Shown: piece by piece, positions 1-9,715 of the stretch
Layout of the letters: each line of letters opens with the position of its first letter
Numbering within the stretch: the first letter of the stretch is position 1
Notes under the pieces: generated by a model
What the model was told of the DNA's origin: nothing
Databases searched by the model: none
The model's input: only the letters and a program-made list of their open reading frames with translations
Source: Deltaproteobacteria bacterium
GTDB taxonomy: Bacteria > Desulfobacterota > GWC2-55-46 > JADFVP01
DNA length: 64,000 nucleotides
Assembly (NCBI GenBank): GCA_029262515.1
Contig: JAJCZH010000005.1
Location: 31,793 to 95,792, forward strand
Direction: 5' to 3'
Program-made: the position numbers and the translations under genes

Positions 1-648
1 TATATAGACGGCAAACCTACCACGGTCGATACCGTAGTAGTCTCGTCTCAGCATTCTCCCGACGTAACGCAGGCCCACCTCAAAGAGGGTATAATCGAAG
101 AGGTAGTGAAGAAGGTTATCCCGGCGGAGCTTATAACCGCCGATACCAAGTACCACATAAACCCGACCGGGCAGTTTATCGTCGGCGGCCCGCACGGCGA
201 TTGCGGCCTTACCGGACGCAAGATAATAGTCGATACCTACGGTGGGCACGGCAGCCACGGAGGCGGAGCATTCTCCGGTAAAGATCCTTCCAAGGTCGAC
301 CGTTCCGCGTCGTATCTCGCAAGGTATATGGCAAAGAATATCATAGCCGCAGGTCTGGCCGAAGAGGTCGAAGTACAGCTCGCCTATGCGATTGGTGTTG
401 CTGATCCTGTTTCCGTTATGGTAGATACCTTCGGTACCGGCCTGATTGATGATGAAAAGATCGAAGCGCTTCTGAAGGTTAACTTCCGGATGAAACCGCA
501 CGATCTTATCGAAGATCTAGACCTCTTGAGGCCTATCTACAGAAACACGGCTGCATACGGCCACTTCGGCAGGGCTTGTTCCGACTTCAAGTGGGAGTTG
601 ACCGACAAGGCCGAGGCGCTTAGAGAAGGCGCGGGCTTGAAGGCCTGA
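1..648 (+). CDS. metK: S-adenosylmethionine synthetase, C-terminal part (starts before the window)
   Basis: Frame is open from base 1 ([18 protein letters not shown]). Motifs [46 protein letters not shown] and TAAYGHFGR. Confidence 0.98.
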   Translation, partial: YIDGKPTTVDTVVVSSQHSPDVTQAHLKEGIIEEVVKKVIPAELITADTKYHINPTGQFIVGGPHGDCGLTGRKIIVDTYGGHGSHGGGAFSGKDPSKVDRSASYLARYMAKNIIAAGLAEEVEVQLAYAIGVADPVSVMVDTFGTGLIDDEKIEALLKVNFRMKPHDLIEDLDLLRPIYRNTAAYGHFGRACSDFKWELTDKAEALREGAGLKA

Positions 649-669
649 GTCTAGAGCAAGAACTATTGA

Positions 670-2016
<1,347 letters not shown>

Positions 2017-2057
2017 TGTCATTGTTCTACTGGTTAGTTCTGGAAAGTTGATAACCG

Positions 2058-2100
2058 TTTAGGGTGTCCGGATGCTTTTCCGGACACCCTAAATTTATTT
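2058..2100 (+). terminator. intrinsic terminator after ahcY
   Basis: Inverted repeat tttagggtgtccgga / tccggacaccctaaa followed by a T-rich tail. Confidence 0.85.
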
Positions 2101-2404
2101 CAACGCATCCGTAGTTCAAGGCTCCTTCCTGTACGCCGCAATCCTTCAATACTCAAACAAGGTGTCCATTACTTCTGTAAACACTTAATCTACTTGACTC
2201 TAATAATCTGTTGATGTAATTTGCTTTGGACTCCATGTGTGCAGCTCAGTTGATTAATTATGGGTTGATAGCAGAGGTTCGCCGATTCATATAAGACGCC
2301 ATGATAAATACCCTAAGAAGTGCAAGTCGATAGTTTATAGTATTTTATCGCCTCAATCATCGTTGCACAAAAGGCATCTTATACGGACAGAATCTCTTGT
2401 TTCC

Positions 2405-2439
2405 GCGTCTTATGCGGATCCATATAAATATTGTTAGCT
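2405..2439 (+). mobile_element. right half of a degenerate attC-like site (cassette boundary GTTAGCT)
   Basis: gcgtcttatgcggatccatataaatatt-GTTAGCT (2433-2439). GTTAGCT is complementary to the AGCTAAC of the next attC. A partial complement, ataagacgc, lies near 2291. The left R'' box is not recognisable. Confidence 0.5.
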
Positions 2440-2515
2440 TCATGAAAGGCTTGATGATGTTACTGAAGCTGTGAGTTTTTTCAATTTTATTAGGCAGTTA
2501 ACCGTTGGAGTCTGA

Positions 2516-3181
2516 ATGCGACAACTGTTGATACATCGACGATTGACCTTTGTTCTCCAAGCAATATTGGTTGTGGAGGTCGTGGTTGCTACCTGGAATC
2601 AGCAGTGGCTTGCAGCTGTGGTCACATTTGGGATCATTGTAGTAACACTTTTCCCCCTCTTTCTGGGAAAGTTCTTTCGTGTCTTTATTCCTCCTGAGTT
2701 TGTATTACTTGCGATTGCATTCATCTTTGCATCGCTATTCCTTGGTGAAATCCGTGGATACTACACCCGTTTCTGGTGGTGGGACATAGCCCTTCACTCC
2801 TGCTCTGGATTTTTACTCGGGATTATTGGCTTCCTATTGGTGCATGTATTAAACGAAACAGAAGACATTGACGTACATATGAAATCTGGCTTTGTTGCCT
2901 TTTTTGCCTTCTTGTTCGCAGTTGGGCTAGGTGCTCTCTGGGAAATTTTTGAATTTAGTATGGATAGTTTTTTCAGCATGAACATGCAAAAAGAAATGTT
3001 CGGTGATCCTTCCGGGTTGACCGACACAATGTGGGATCTAATAGTCGATACTTTGGGAGCGTTGGTAATCACTGTGCTCGGCTACGGCTACGTCAAAACT
3101 GCCAGAAACGAATCATTTTTGGAACGGTTGATTCAAACATTCATTAAGAGCAATCCACGGCTTTTTAATCGTCACCAATAG
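2516..3181 (+). CDS. integral membrane protein (DUF2238/YjdF-like) carried as an integron gene cassette
   Basis: About 6 hydrophobic segments. Motifs WWWDIALH, GALWEIFEF and DTMWDL. AT-richer than its flanks and followed by an attC site. Confidence 0.75.
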   Translation: MRQLLIHRRLTFVLQAILVVEVVVATWNQQWLAAVVTFGIIVVTLFPLFLGKFFRVFIPPEFVLLAIAFIFASLFLGEIRGYYTRFWWWDIALHSCSGFLLGIIGFLLVHVLNETEDIDVHMKSGFVAFFAFLFAVGLGALWEIFEFSMDSFFSMNMQKEMFGDPSGLTDTMWDLIVDTLGALVITVLGYGYVKTARNESFLERLIQTFIKSNPRLFNRHQ

Positions 3182-3212
3182 ATTTTGCAAAGTTGATGGA
3201 ACAAATTCACCG

Positions 3213-3272
3213 AGCTAACAAGGCTAATTCAACCGACGCAAAAAGCTGCGCGTCTGATTAGCAACGTTAGCT
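3213..3272 (+). mobile_element. integron attC recombination site
   Basis: R'' AGCTAAC (3213-3219) and R' GTTAGCT (3266-3272) are perfectly complementary. Inner arms GCTAATTCA / TGATTAGC pair with one extrahelical base around a central gacgc/gcgtc stem. Length 60 bp, between two ORFs. Confidence 0.85.
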
Positions 3273-3283
3273 CTGGGAACAAT

Positions 3284-4378
3284 ATGTCAAAATGCACATA
3301 CAACCTGACCTTTGAGGTTTACGGTTACTCGAAAGAGCTGTCGGACCTCACAACATTGATCAAGAAAGCACTGTCAAAGTATTTGTCTCGCTGCTTAATT
3401 ATCGTTAAGAAGACTTTTAAAGAATGGCGCAAGTGTCACATTTCTGGGTCGATAGAAGATGTGGATGCATGCCATATGCTATTCAACAAGGATTGCTTGC
3501 CACATCTCCACGTTGTACGCAGTCTCGACGAAGCAGGAGACAATATCTGTTCTCGAGCCTACCCCATCTTGTCACGAGCTGAACAACTGCTTCGAGGGTT
3601 CATAAATGGGTGATGACGGATGTAGCGGGGGCCAACTGGTGAGGAAGTTGGTCGCCTTCTAACGTGGATGAAAAGGCAACTGTGCGCAAATCGTCGTGCG
3701 CGAATGACCACCAGATTGAGTTAGTAGACTTCACTGATCTTATGACTCTGTTATTTGCAGAGATTCAAGACTGGCTCGGCGATCATATCCTGTCTGCAAA
3801 AGATCTTGCAGATATTCTTTGTGGGACAGACGACCTTGGCGCGTGCAGGGCTCAAGTTGCCAAATGACTCACAAAACGGTCGGCGTGGAATGACACCTTC
3901 TTGCCGTATATTATGGATGCCGATGCATGGGGCAAGCTGAAGAATGAGCTTGTCGCCATCATAATACCGATCCGACGCAGAGTAATGCACCATCGACCAG
4001 TACACCTCTATCACCTTGCGAAGGTGATAGGACACACCTGTAGTTTGCGCGAGTACCTCGGACATAGCCGACAGGCTATTGATGAGAAACAGCGCAACGA
4101 ACTCCAAGATATAAACAAGGAGATTACGCAGGCTCTACAAAGCTCAGTACCGAGACTTTATAGTGACCTCTTCGGTTCAACCGAGTGGGTGCAATCTCTG
4201 GCTAAGCAACAAGAGGCTTTCCGAAAGAGCATTTCACCGTTTGCTGAGATACAGAAGGAATGGAAGAAGCAAATGAACCCTTGGCTCGAAATGGAGGAGC
4301 AGATGCGAAAGCAAACGTAACCATTCAGACGTCTTCAGGCCCAATGGAAGAAGGATGTTGAGAAGCTAACAAAATGAT
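3284..4378 (+). pseudogene. disrupted Swt1-like HEPN-domain gene cassette
   Basis: The fragments join into one protein: AYPILSRAEQLLRGFIN / frameshift / VMTDVAGANW*G / LVDFTDL / K*LTKRSAWNDTF / IPIRRRVMHHRP (Rx4H). One frameshift near 3610 and in-frame stops near 3640, 3865 and 4318. Confidence 0.65.
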
Positions 4379-4437
4379 TGAGATGGTTGCCTTATGGCGC
4401 TCCGCGCCAGCGACAACACCTCATCCAATCGTTACAG
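4364..4437 (+). mobile_element. integron attC recombination site
   Basis: R'' AGCTAAC (4364-4370). L''/L' GATTGAG / CTCATC pair with an extrahelical base, and there is a central TGGCGC-TCC-GCGCCA hairpin. R' is GTTACAG (4431-4437), which is imperfect. Confidence 0.75.
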
Positions 4438-4575
4438 CCTTTCCACCAATAATTCTCGTGTTCCACCCCACTAAAGGTTGCGGCTTTGTAGGTGAAGTAC
4501 GTACCATATCAGCACGAAAGATTGGCCTGTTTTTAAGGTGCGGGTAGTTGCGGTAAAGGGGCGGCGGTGAGTTCC

Positions 4576-5157
4576 TCAGGCCGTCTTTGCCGCTTTTTCG
4601 GGCTGCTCCGTTTTGATCCGCCTGGAAAGAGCGTCGGCGCCGCCTACGTACTCGCCGTCCACCCATATCTGCGGCACGGTAACAGGGGTCTTGGCATCGA
4701 TTAACGGTTTTACGCGAGCCATCATTTCGTAGAGCGCTCTCGGACTGCTGATTATATTGTGGTACCGGTACTCTATTTCAGCCTCTTGCAGTAACTCCTT
4801 GGCGCGCTTGCAGTGAGGGCAGCCCTCTTTACCGAACAGGTGCGTTCCGGTTACTCTGGAAGTTACGCAGTGACTCTTTATGACGGCCTCGGTAAAAACC
4901 CCTCGGTTTAACGCTACACCCTGAGAGAGCACGGAGCCGTCGACCATTACAATAGGGGCGTGCCAGCCCCCTTTTATAAGAGGTTTCCACCACTCGCTGA
5001 GCCACTCTCGCACCTCAAATTCGACAGGCACACCGGCAAGTTCGCTCTTCAGGGTATCTTGAATAACATCCTTTGTAATCGTGCACTCGCCGCACGGGAT
5101 CTTTATCTTGAAAGGCCCCCACGAACCGGCCCACTTAAAAAGCGTTATCTTTACCAT
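4576..5157 (-). CDS. two-domain thioredoxin-fold/glutaredoxin protein
   Basis: N-terminal domain has WAGSWGPFKIKIPCGEC. C-terminal glutaredoxin has CPHC and TVPQIWVDGEYVGGAD. Confidence 0.85.
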   Translation of the reverse strand: MVKITLFKWAGSWGPFKIKIPCGECTITKDVIQDTLKSELAGVPVEFEVREWLSEWWKPLIKGGWHAPIVMVDGSVLSQGVALNRGVFTEAVIKSHCVTSRVTGTHLFGKEGCPHCKRAKELLQEAEIEYRYHNIISSPRALYEMMARVKPLIDAKTPVTVPQIWVDGEYVGGADALSRRIKTEQPEKAAKTA

Positions 5158-5254
5158 CGGTCTGACCTTTGTCCATGCCCATGTTTTTATACCGGGCAGG
5201 TGACTTGAGCTTATATAAAAGAACCTGCCTGAACAGAGGAGTATCTCTTTGTTA

Positions 5255-5283
5255 AGTATACTTCTCTAACCGGTTTCCGTCAA
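5255..5283 (-). promoter_or_regulatory. sigma-70 promoter for the glutaredoxin gene
   Basis: Minus strand reads TTGACG-N17-TATACT. Confidence 0.7.
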
Positions 5284-5333
5284 GTGGATGGCCCGCTATA
5301 CGGGTTGCGTGCGCGGGTATAAGTTACTACATA

Positions 5334-5557
5334 AGGCCGGTATATAAAAAAGGCTGGTATATAAAAATCTCTATGGACGACAAGGAAAAATGGATTCCCG
5401 AGAAGCTTATCACGTAGAATTCGACCCGCGCTTTACAACCAAGCCGAAGGGTAGCGGCCCTATGTCTTGCCAGCTCATACTCGATTGCCAAGAAGCACGG
5501 AGGTTACATCGATGTAACCTCAAAGGTTGGCGTTGGAACTACATTCACGACATACTC
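5334..5557 (+). pseudogene. histidine kinase HATPase_c domain remnant
   Basis: Broken reading of ..ISMDDK..IPEKLI..FDP..FTTKPKGSG..LASSYSIAKKHGGYIDVTSKVGVGTTFT, with stops and frameshifts. Resembles the G-box region of the kinase at 19294. Confidence 0.7.
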
Positions 5558-5646
5558 AATGGGTAAGGTACCGTGCCACGGTTCTCCATACCTGCGCGCC
5601 AAGCGCTCTGTAACCACACCCCTATGCAGAAGATCCCGGCAGAAAT

Positions 5647-5692
5647 AAGCTGAAGCCCACAGGAATTATACCTGTGGGCTTCAGCAGTTTTA
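5647..5692. terminator. hairpin terminator downstream of the PEP-CTERM remnant
   Basis: Inverted repeat gctgaagcccacagg / cctgtgggcttcagc. Confidence 0.75.
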
Positions 5693-5705
5693 AGGTTCGG
5701 GGCTC

Positions 5706-5898
5706 TTACCTCTTGAGTTTTCTTCTCACATAACCAAGCCCTGCCTGCCCGCTTCCTATAAGCAGGAGAATGGAGGATTCGGGAACCGGGTTGGTAGGCG
5801 CGATACGGATCAGCGCCAGTGCCGGCGCTGATAGCTCCCTCGAACGTGTAGTGCAACGGAGCTGCCAATGCGCCACTCGACATGATAAAAATTACCAT
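5706..5898 (-). pseudogene. internally deleted PEP-CTERM protein gene
   Basis: Signal-peptide-like start (MVIFIMSSGALAAPLHYTFEG) joined out of frame to NPVPESSILLLIGSGQAGLGYVRRKLKR* (5706-5792). Confidence 0.75.
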
Positions 5899-6306
5899 TT
5901 AAACAATGGATACCGTCCTTTTTTATATTAATACTAGAAGTAACAATGATGTTGTGTAGTTATACGTACAATAATTACGCCAAACATGTATCAGAGCCGT
6001 AACTAGCCGATTTATTTAGATAAAATGGCTGCCTGCCAAAACAGGAGACAGCAGGATAGCTTAGAAAGTGTAAAAAAAGATCGATATATAGTGTGTTATA
6101 GTCCGAATTAAGTGTATTGGTCTCAATGTGTTGTAGGTGATGGTCAGTGTATGGATTCTTTACAGCATTTAATACTTTGCCACTTAAAGGAGCTGATTAA
6201 AGATACTCTTTTCTTACTTAAAACTCGTCTGCTCATATAAAATTTATTGTGTGCAGTTATTTTGCCGGATATATTGTTTATCATTAAATCGTATTCAACG
6301 CTCTTC

Positions 6307-6335
6307 TTGACACCTTCTGCCTACGGGTGTAAATT
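6307..6335 (+). promoter_or_regulatory. sigma-70 promoter
   Basis: TTGACA-N17-TAAATT upstream of the amidotransferase gene. Confidence 0.6.
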
Positions 6336-6455
6336 TAACGTATGGCAACAGGTGTGGTTATCGGATCAAAATAGTCACTTGTATGGTTTAGTGCTATAGC
6401 AGAGTTCTATTCAGGAGTAACCTGTTTTATTATAACCGGAAAAGGAGGTGCCGCT

Positions 6456-7325
6456 ATCTGCCGTTTTGTGCTCTACCTCGGAACCGAGATAACAATCAGC
6501 TCTCTGGTGACGGAACCGACCCATTCTATAATTCACCAGTCTTATAACAGCAAAGAGGGTGAGGAGCCGCTAAACGGCGATGGTTTCGGCCTTGCGTGGT
6601 ATGCTCCCCATCTGCCGGAAGAGCCGGCTCTTTTCAAGGCCGTTACTCCCGCATGGAACAACATGAACCTCTTAAGCCTCGCTCGCGTAACAAAGAGCAG
6701 CTGCATACTGGCGCATGTTCGCGCCGCGACTCCGGGGCTTCCCGTAATTCAGCTCAACTGTCACCCGTTTGTTCGCGGTTCAATTTCGTTTATGCATAAC
6801 GGCAAGGTGGGAGGTTTTGCGAAGATACGCAGACGTATTATAGAGCGCCTCTCGGACGCGGCATTCGAGTCGATCGAGGGCTCTACGGACTCCGAGTATG
6901 TCTTTGCGTTATTTCTCGACCAGTACTCGGCTCAGGACCAGGGACTTGCCAAGAGTGAGAGACTTGCCCGGGCCTTGGGCGCGACTATAAAAGAGGTGAA
7001 CTCCATAGTAGACGAGGCCGGAATAGAGGATGCGTCGTTTCTGAACCTTGCGGTCGCCGACGGCACTTCGGCAGTCGTCTGCCGCTACGTAAGTTGCGGG
7101 TCCAAGAGGGCAAATACCCTCTATATCCATACCGGTTCGAGTTTCTCCTGTGTAGACGGTCTCTACACAATGGCGGAGCCGGACAAGGGTACCCACGCCG
7201 TTGTGGTGGCCTCTGAGCCGCTGGGAAGCAATTCGGAATGGACGGTCGTTCCGGAGAGCAGCATGGTCGTGATAGAATCTGGCACAGGTGTCGTGATGCG
7301 CCCTATTCAGGCCCCGCCAGCCTAA
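6456..7325 (+). CDS. class II glutamine amidotransferase (EgtC/DUG3-like Ntn hydrolase); apparent ATC start codon
   Basis: Motifs NGDGFGLAWY, LAHVRAAT, NCHPF, FMHNG, GSTDSE and VASEPL. The N-terminal CRFVLYLG is preceded in frame by ATC at 6456, with AAGGAGG upstream. Confidence 0.85.
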   Translation: MCRFVLYLGTEITISSLVTEPTHSIIHQSYNSKEGEEPLNGDGFGLAWYAPHLPEEPALFKAVTPAWNNMNLLSLARVTKSSCILAHVRAATPGLPVIQLNCHPFVRGSISFMHNGKVGGFAKIRRRIIERLSDAAFESIEGSTDSEYVFALFLDQYSAQDQGLAKSERLARALGATIKEVNSIVDEAGIEDASFLNLAVADGTSAVVCRYVSCGSKRANTLYIHTGSSFSCVDGLYTMAEPDKGTHAVVVASEPLGSNSEWTVVPESSMVVIESGTGVVMRPIQAPPA

Positions 7326-7424
7326 GCTCTTCTGTCTATTCAGTTTTTTTTGTTGCACGTGATTATTAAAATCTGTAGAATAATAACTTAACCCCGGTAG
7401 AGAACCGTATAGCAAAGAGGAAAT

Positions 7425-7559
7425 ATGGAAGAGAATAACAAGAAGCGCTGGCAGTGCATTGAGTGCGGTTATATTCATGAAGGCCCGGAGCCTCCGGATC
7501 CCTGTCCCGAGTGTTATGCTCCGAAGGACGCCTTCTTCGAAGTCGGTGCCGGGCAGTAG
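7425..7559 (+). CDS. standalone rubredoxin-like domain protein (44 aa; not in the ORF track)
   Basis: MEENNKKRWQCIECGYIHEGPEPPDPCPECYAPKDAFFEVGAGQ. The CxxC-x12-CxxC spacing matches rubrerythrin-type rubredoxin domains. AGAGGA RBS. Confidence 0.85.
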   Translation: MEENNKKRWQCIECGYIHEGPEPPDPCPECYAPKDAFFEVGAGQ

Positions 7560-7624
7560 GCCGGAGAAACCCGGAAAAATCATGATAAGACTTAGTAACG
7601 GCAAGGGAATTACGGACGACAATA

Positions 7625-8806
7625 ATGAGTGGTGTCGATAGTCGCAAGAATAGAGGTATCAAAGAGCGGAGCATTGAGACCGAGGCCGGACCCTCTCCGG
7701 CAGAGTTGGAACTGATAGGCCGTATAGAGGCCGCGGGGCCTGTAAGCTTCGCTGATTTTATGGAGACCGCTCTTTACGCTGAGTCAGGCGGGTACTATAG
7801 CTCCAAGGAGGGGCGCTGGGGCAAAGAGGCCGACTACGTAACGTCTATAGATATAAGTCCCGCCTTCGCCAGAACGTTTGCGAAGCAGGTTTATGAGATG
7901 TGGCAGTTGATGCGCTGTCCGGGTACCTTCGGTCTGATAGAGGCGGGTGCGGGCAGGGGGTGGCTCGGTACCGGAATTCTGGATACTGTCGAGCAACTCT
8001 ATCCGGATCTCTTTAAGGTTCTCGATCTTACGCTCGTTGACAGGAGTCTGGCAGAGCTTTCCGGGAGTACGGAAGACGGACGGGTACGGCGCCTTAGCGG
8101 GCTTGAAGAGTTAGAGCCCGTACCCTTCGGCGTTATAATATCGAATGAGCTTATAGACAGCTTTCCGGTCCACAGGCTGCTCTTTGAAGATGGCGGGTTT
8201 AAAGAGGTCTTTGTCGATTACACGGATGGGGCCTTCAAGGAGGTTCTTAAAGAGCCCTCTGACGAGAGGCTGGTCGAGTACCTGAAACCTTTTGAGTTGA
8301 TTGAGAGCCAGAGGGTCGAGGTGAACCTCGAGGCGGCAAAGTGGCTTGAGAGAGCGGTCACTTGCATAGAGGCCGGTTTCGTAATAACAATCGATTACGG
8401 GCTTCCCGCCTCCGAGCTCTATGCCCCGGGCAGGCCCTCTACGCTTATGTGTCACAAACGCCATACGCTCAACGATAACCCGTATACGAATGTAGGGTTG
8501 CAGGATATTACGACTCATGTAGATTTTACCGGTATGGTCGAGGCCGGGCGCGGTCTGGGTCTTGAGTTGACCGGTTTTACCACGCAGAAGAACTTTCTCA
8601 TAGGCGCCGGGGTGCTCGAAGAGTTGAGGCAGGTTACCGGCCTTGAGTCCGATGAGGTCGATAAAGTAAAGCACAACCGCTCGATTCAAGAGTTGATAAT
8701 GCCGGGAGGCATGGGTGATACATTCAAGGTGCTGGTTCAGCACAAGGGGCTGGAGCGCCCGGAGCTAAAAGGCTTTGAGTTCAAGGAGATGAGCAAGTAC
8801 CTCTGA
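7625..8806 (+). CDS. SAM-dependent methyltransferase, MidA/NDUFAF7 family
   Basis: Motifs FADFMETALY..GGYY, DYVTS, EAGAGRG, SNELIDSFP, IDYG, QDITTHVDF and MGDTFKV. Confidence 0.92.
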   Translation: MSGVDSRKNRGIKERSIETEAGPSPAELELIGRIEAAGPVSFADFMETALYAESGGYYSSKEGRWGKEADYVTSIDISPAFARTFAKQVYEMWQLMRCPGTFGLIEAGAGRGWLGTGILDTVEQLYPDLFKVLDLTLVDRSLAELSGSTEDGRVRRLSGLEELEPVPFGVIISNELIDSFPVHRLLFEDGGFKEVFVDYTDGAFKEVLKEPSDERLVEYLKPFELIESQRVEVNLEAAKWLERAVTCIEAGFVITIDYGLPASELYAPGRPSTLMCHKRHTLNDNPYTNVGLQDITTHVDFTGMVEAGRGLGLELTGFTTQKNFLIGAGVLEELRQVTGLESDEVDKVKHNRSIQELIMPGGMGDTFKVLVQHKGLERPELKGFEFKEMSKYL

Positions 8807-8914
8807 AGCGGCCCGTGTCGTTAGCACGGCCCGAAGCGTTTCCGGGCCCGTATTTGAGAGTTGTGTGGCGTAATAACGCCTGAAGAGCATGCGGAAAGTT
8901 CTAATGGAGGCGGT

Positions 8915-9100
8915 ATGACTAAAGAGAATGAAGATAAGAAGCAAGTTGGTAAGAGCGAAGAGGGTAAAGAGAAGCCGCACGTCTGTTCTGTCTGCGCCCG
9001 TCCGTCTGAGACCGTGATCTGTCTCCATTGCGAGACAAAGATACGCGCTGAGGCTTATGAGCACAAGCATGATGTAGAGAAAGCCGGTAAAATCGATTGA
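8915..9100 (+). CDS. small CxxC-x7-CxxC (zinc-finger-like) protein
   Basis: CSVCARPSETVICLHCE. GGAGG RBS before ATG 8915. Confidence 0.7.
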   Translation: MTKENEDKKQVGKSEEGKEKPHVCSVCARPSETVICLHCETKIRAEAYEHKHDVEKAGKID

Positions 9101-9158
9101 CCGGGTAGGAAGTAAGACGTTTTAGGTGCTTTGAACCTCTATTGAAAGGTGGTTTATC

Positions 9159-9698
9159 ATGGTTGAAAATTCTAGTCGTATACTGGTAGAGCTTGAGACA
9201 GCTAGAAAGACAGAGATGACCGGTTACTTCTTCTACATGGTGGCGGCTGAGATGATTGAAGACAATAAAGGGCGTACGGTATTCGAGAGCCTCGCAGCAG
9301 ATGAGCTTCAACATATGGATGTTATCGCTACTATAGTCGACTCCGTCAAGGACGGTCTCGGCTGGATGACGTACGAAGAGGCTCTGGAGAAGAGCGATGG
9401 CAAGGCCGAGCCGCTTGCGATATTCAAGGACGAGAACGAGATGATAGACCGGCTCAACGAGAACCAGACCGACCTCAATGCCATTCATATCGGTATTGAG
9501 TCGGAAGAGGCGGCGATAAAATCGTATACCGCGCTGCTCAAAGAGGCCGAGACACCTGCTGAGAGGGTGGTTCTGACCAGTCTGCTGGAGATGGAGAAGC
9601 ATCATCTGAAGCTCTTGCGCTGGGAGGGCGAGTCTATAGCCAAAGACGGCTTCTGGTGCGGCAATATGGAGTTCAGTGTTGAACAGGAAAGGGATTGA
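9159..9698 (+). CDS. ferritin-like/rubrerythrin-family diiron protein lacking a rubredoxin domain
   Basis: Repeated E..FY / LAADELQH and E..SY / LLEMEKHH motifs. Confidence 0.85.
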   Translation: MVENSSRILVELETARKTEMTGYFFYMVAAEMIEDNKGRTVFESLAADELQHMDVIATIVDSVKDGLGWMTYEEALEKSDGKAEPLAIFKDENEMIDRLNENQTDLNAIHIGIESEEAAIKSYTALLKEAETPAERVVLTSLLEMEKHHLKLLRWEGESIAKDGFWCGNMEFSVEQERD

Positions 9699-9715
9699 AC
9701 AGGAAAGGGATCGAG

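Noticed and set aside
9679-9710. 16-bp tandem duplication ttgaacaggaaaggga at a gene junction
   Set aside because: It is a local slippage duplication that supplies the stop codon and RBS. Nothing mobile lies between the copies.
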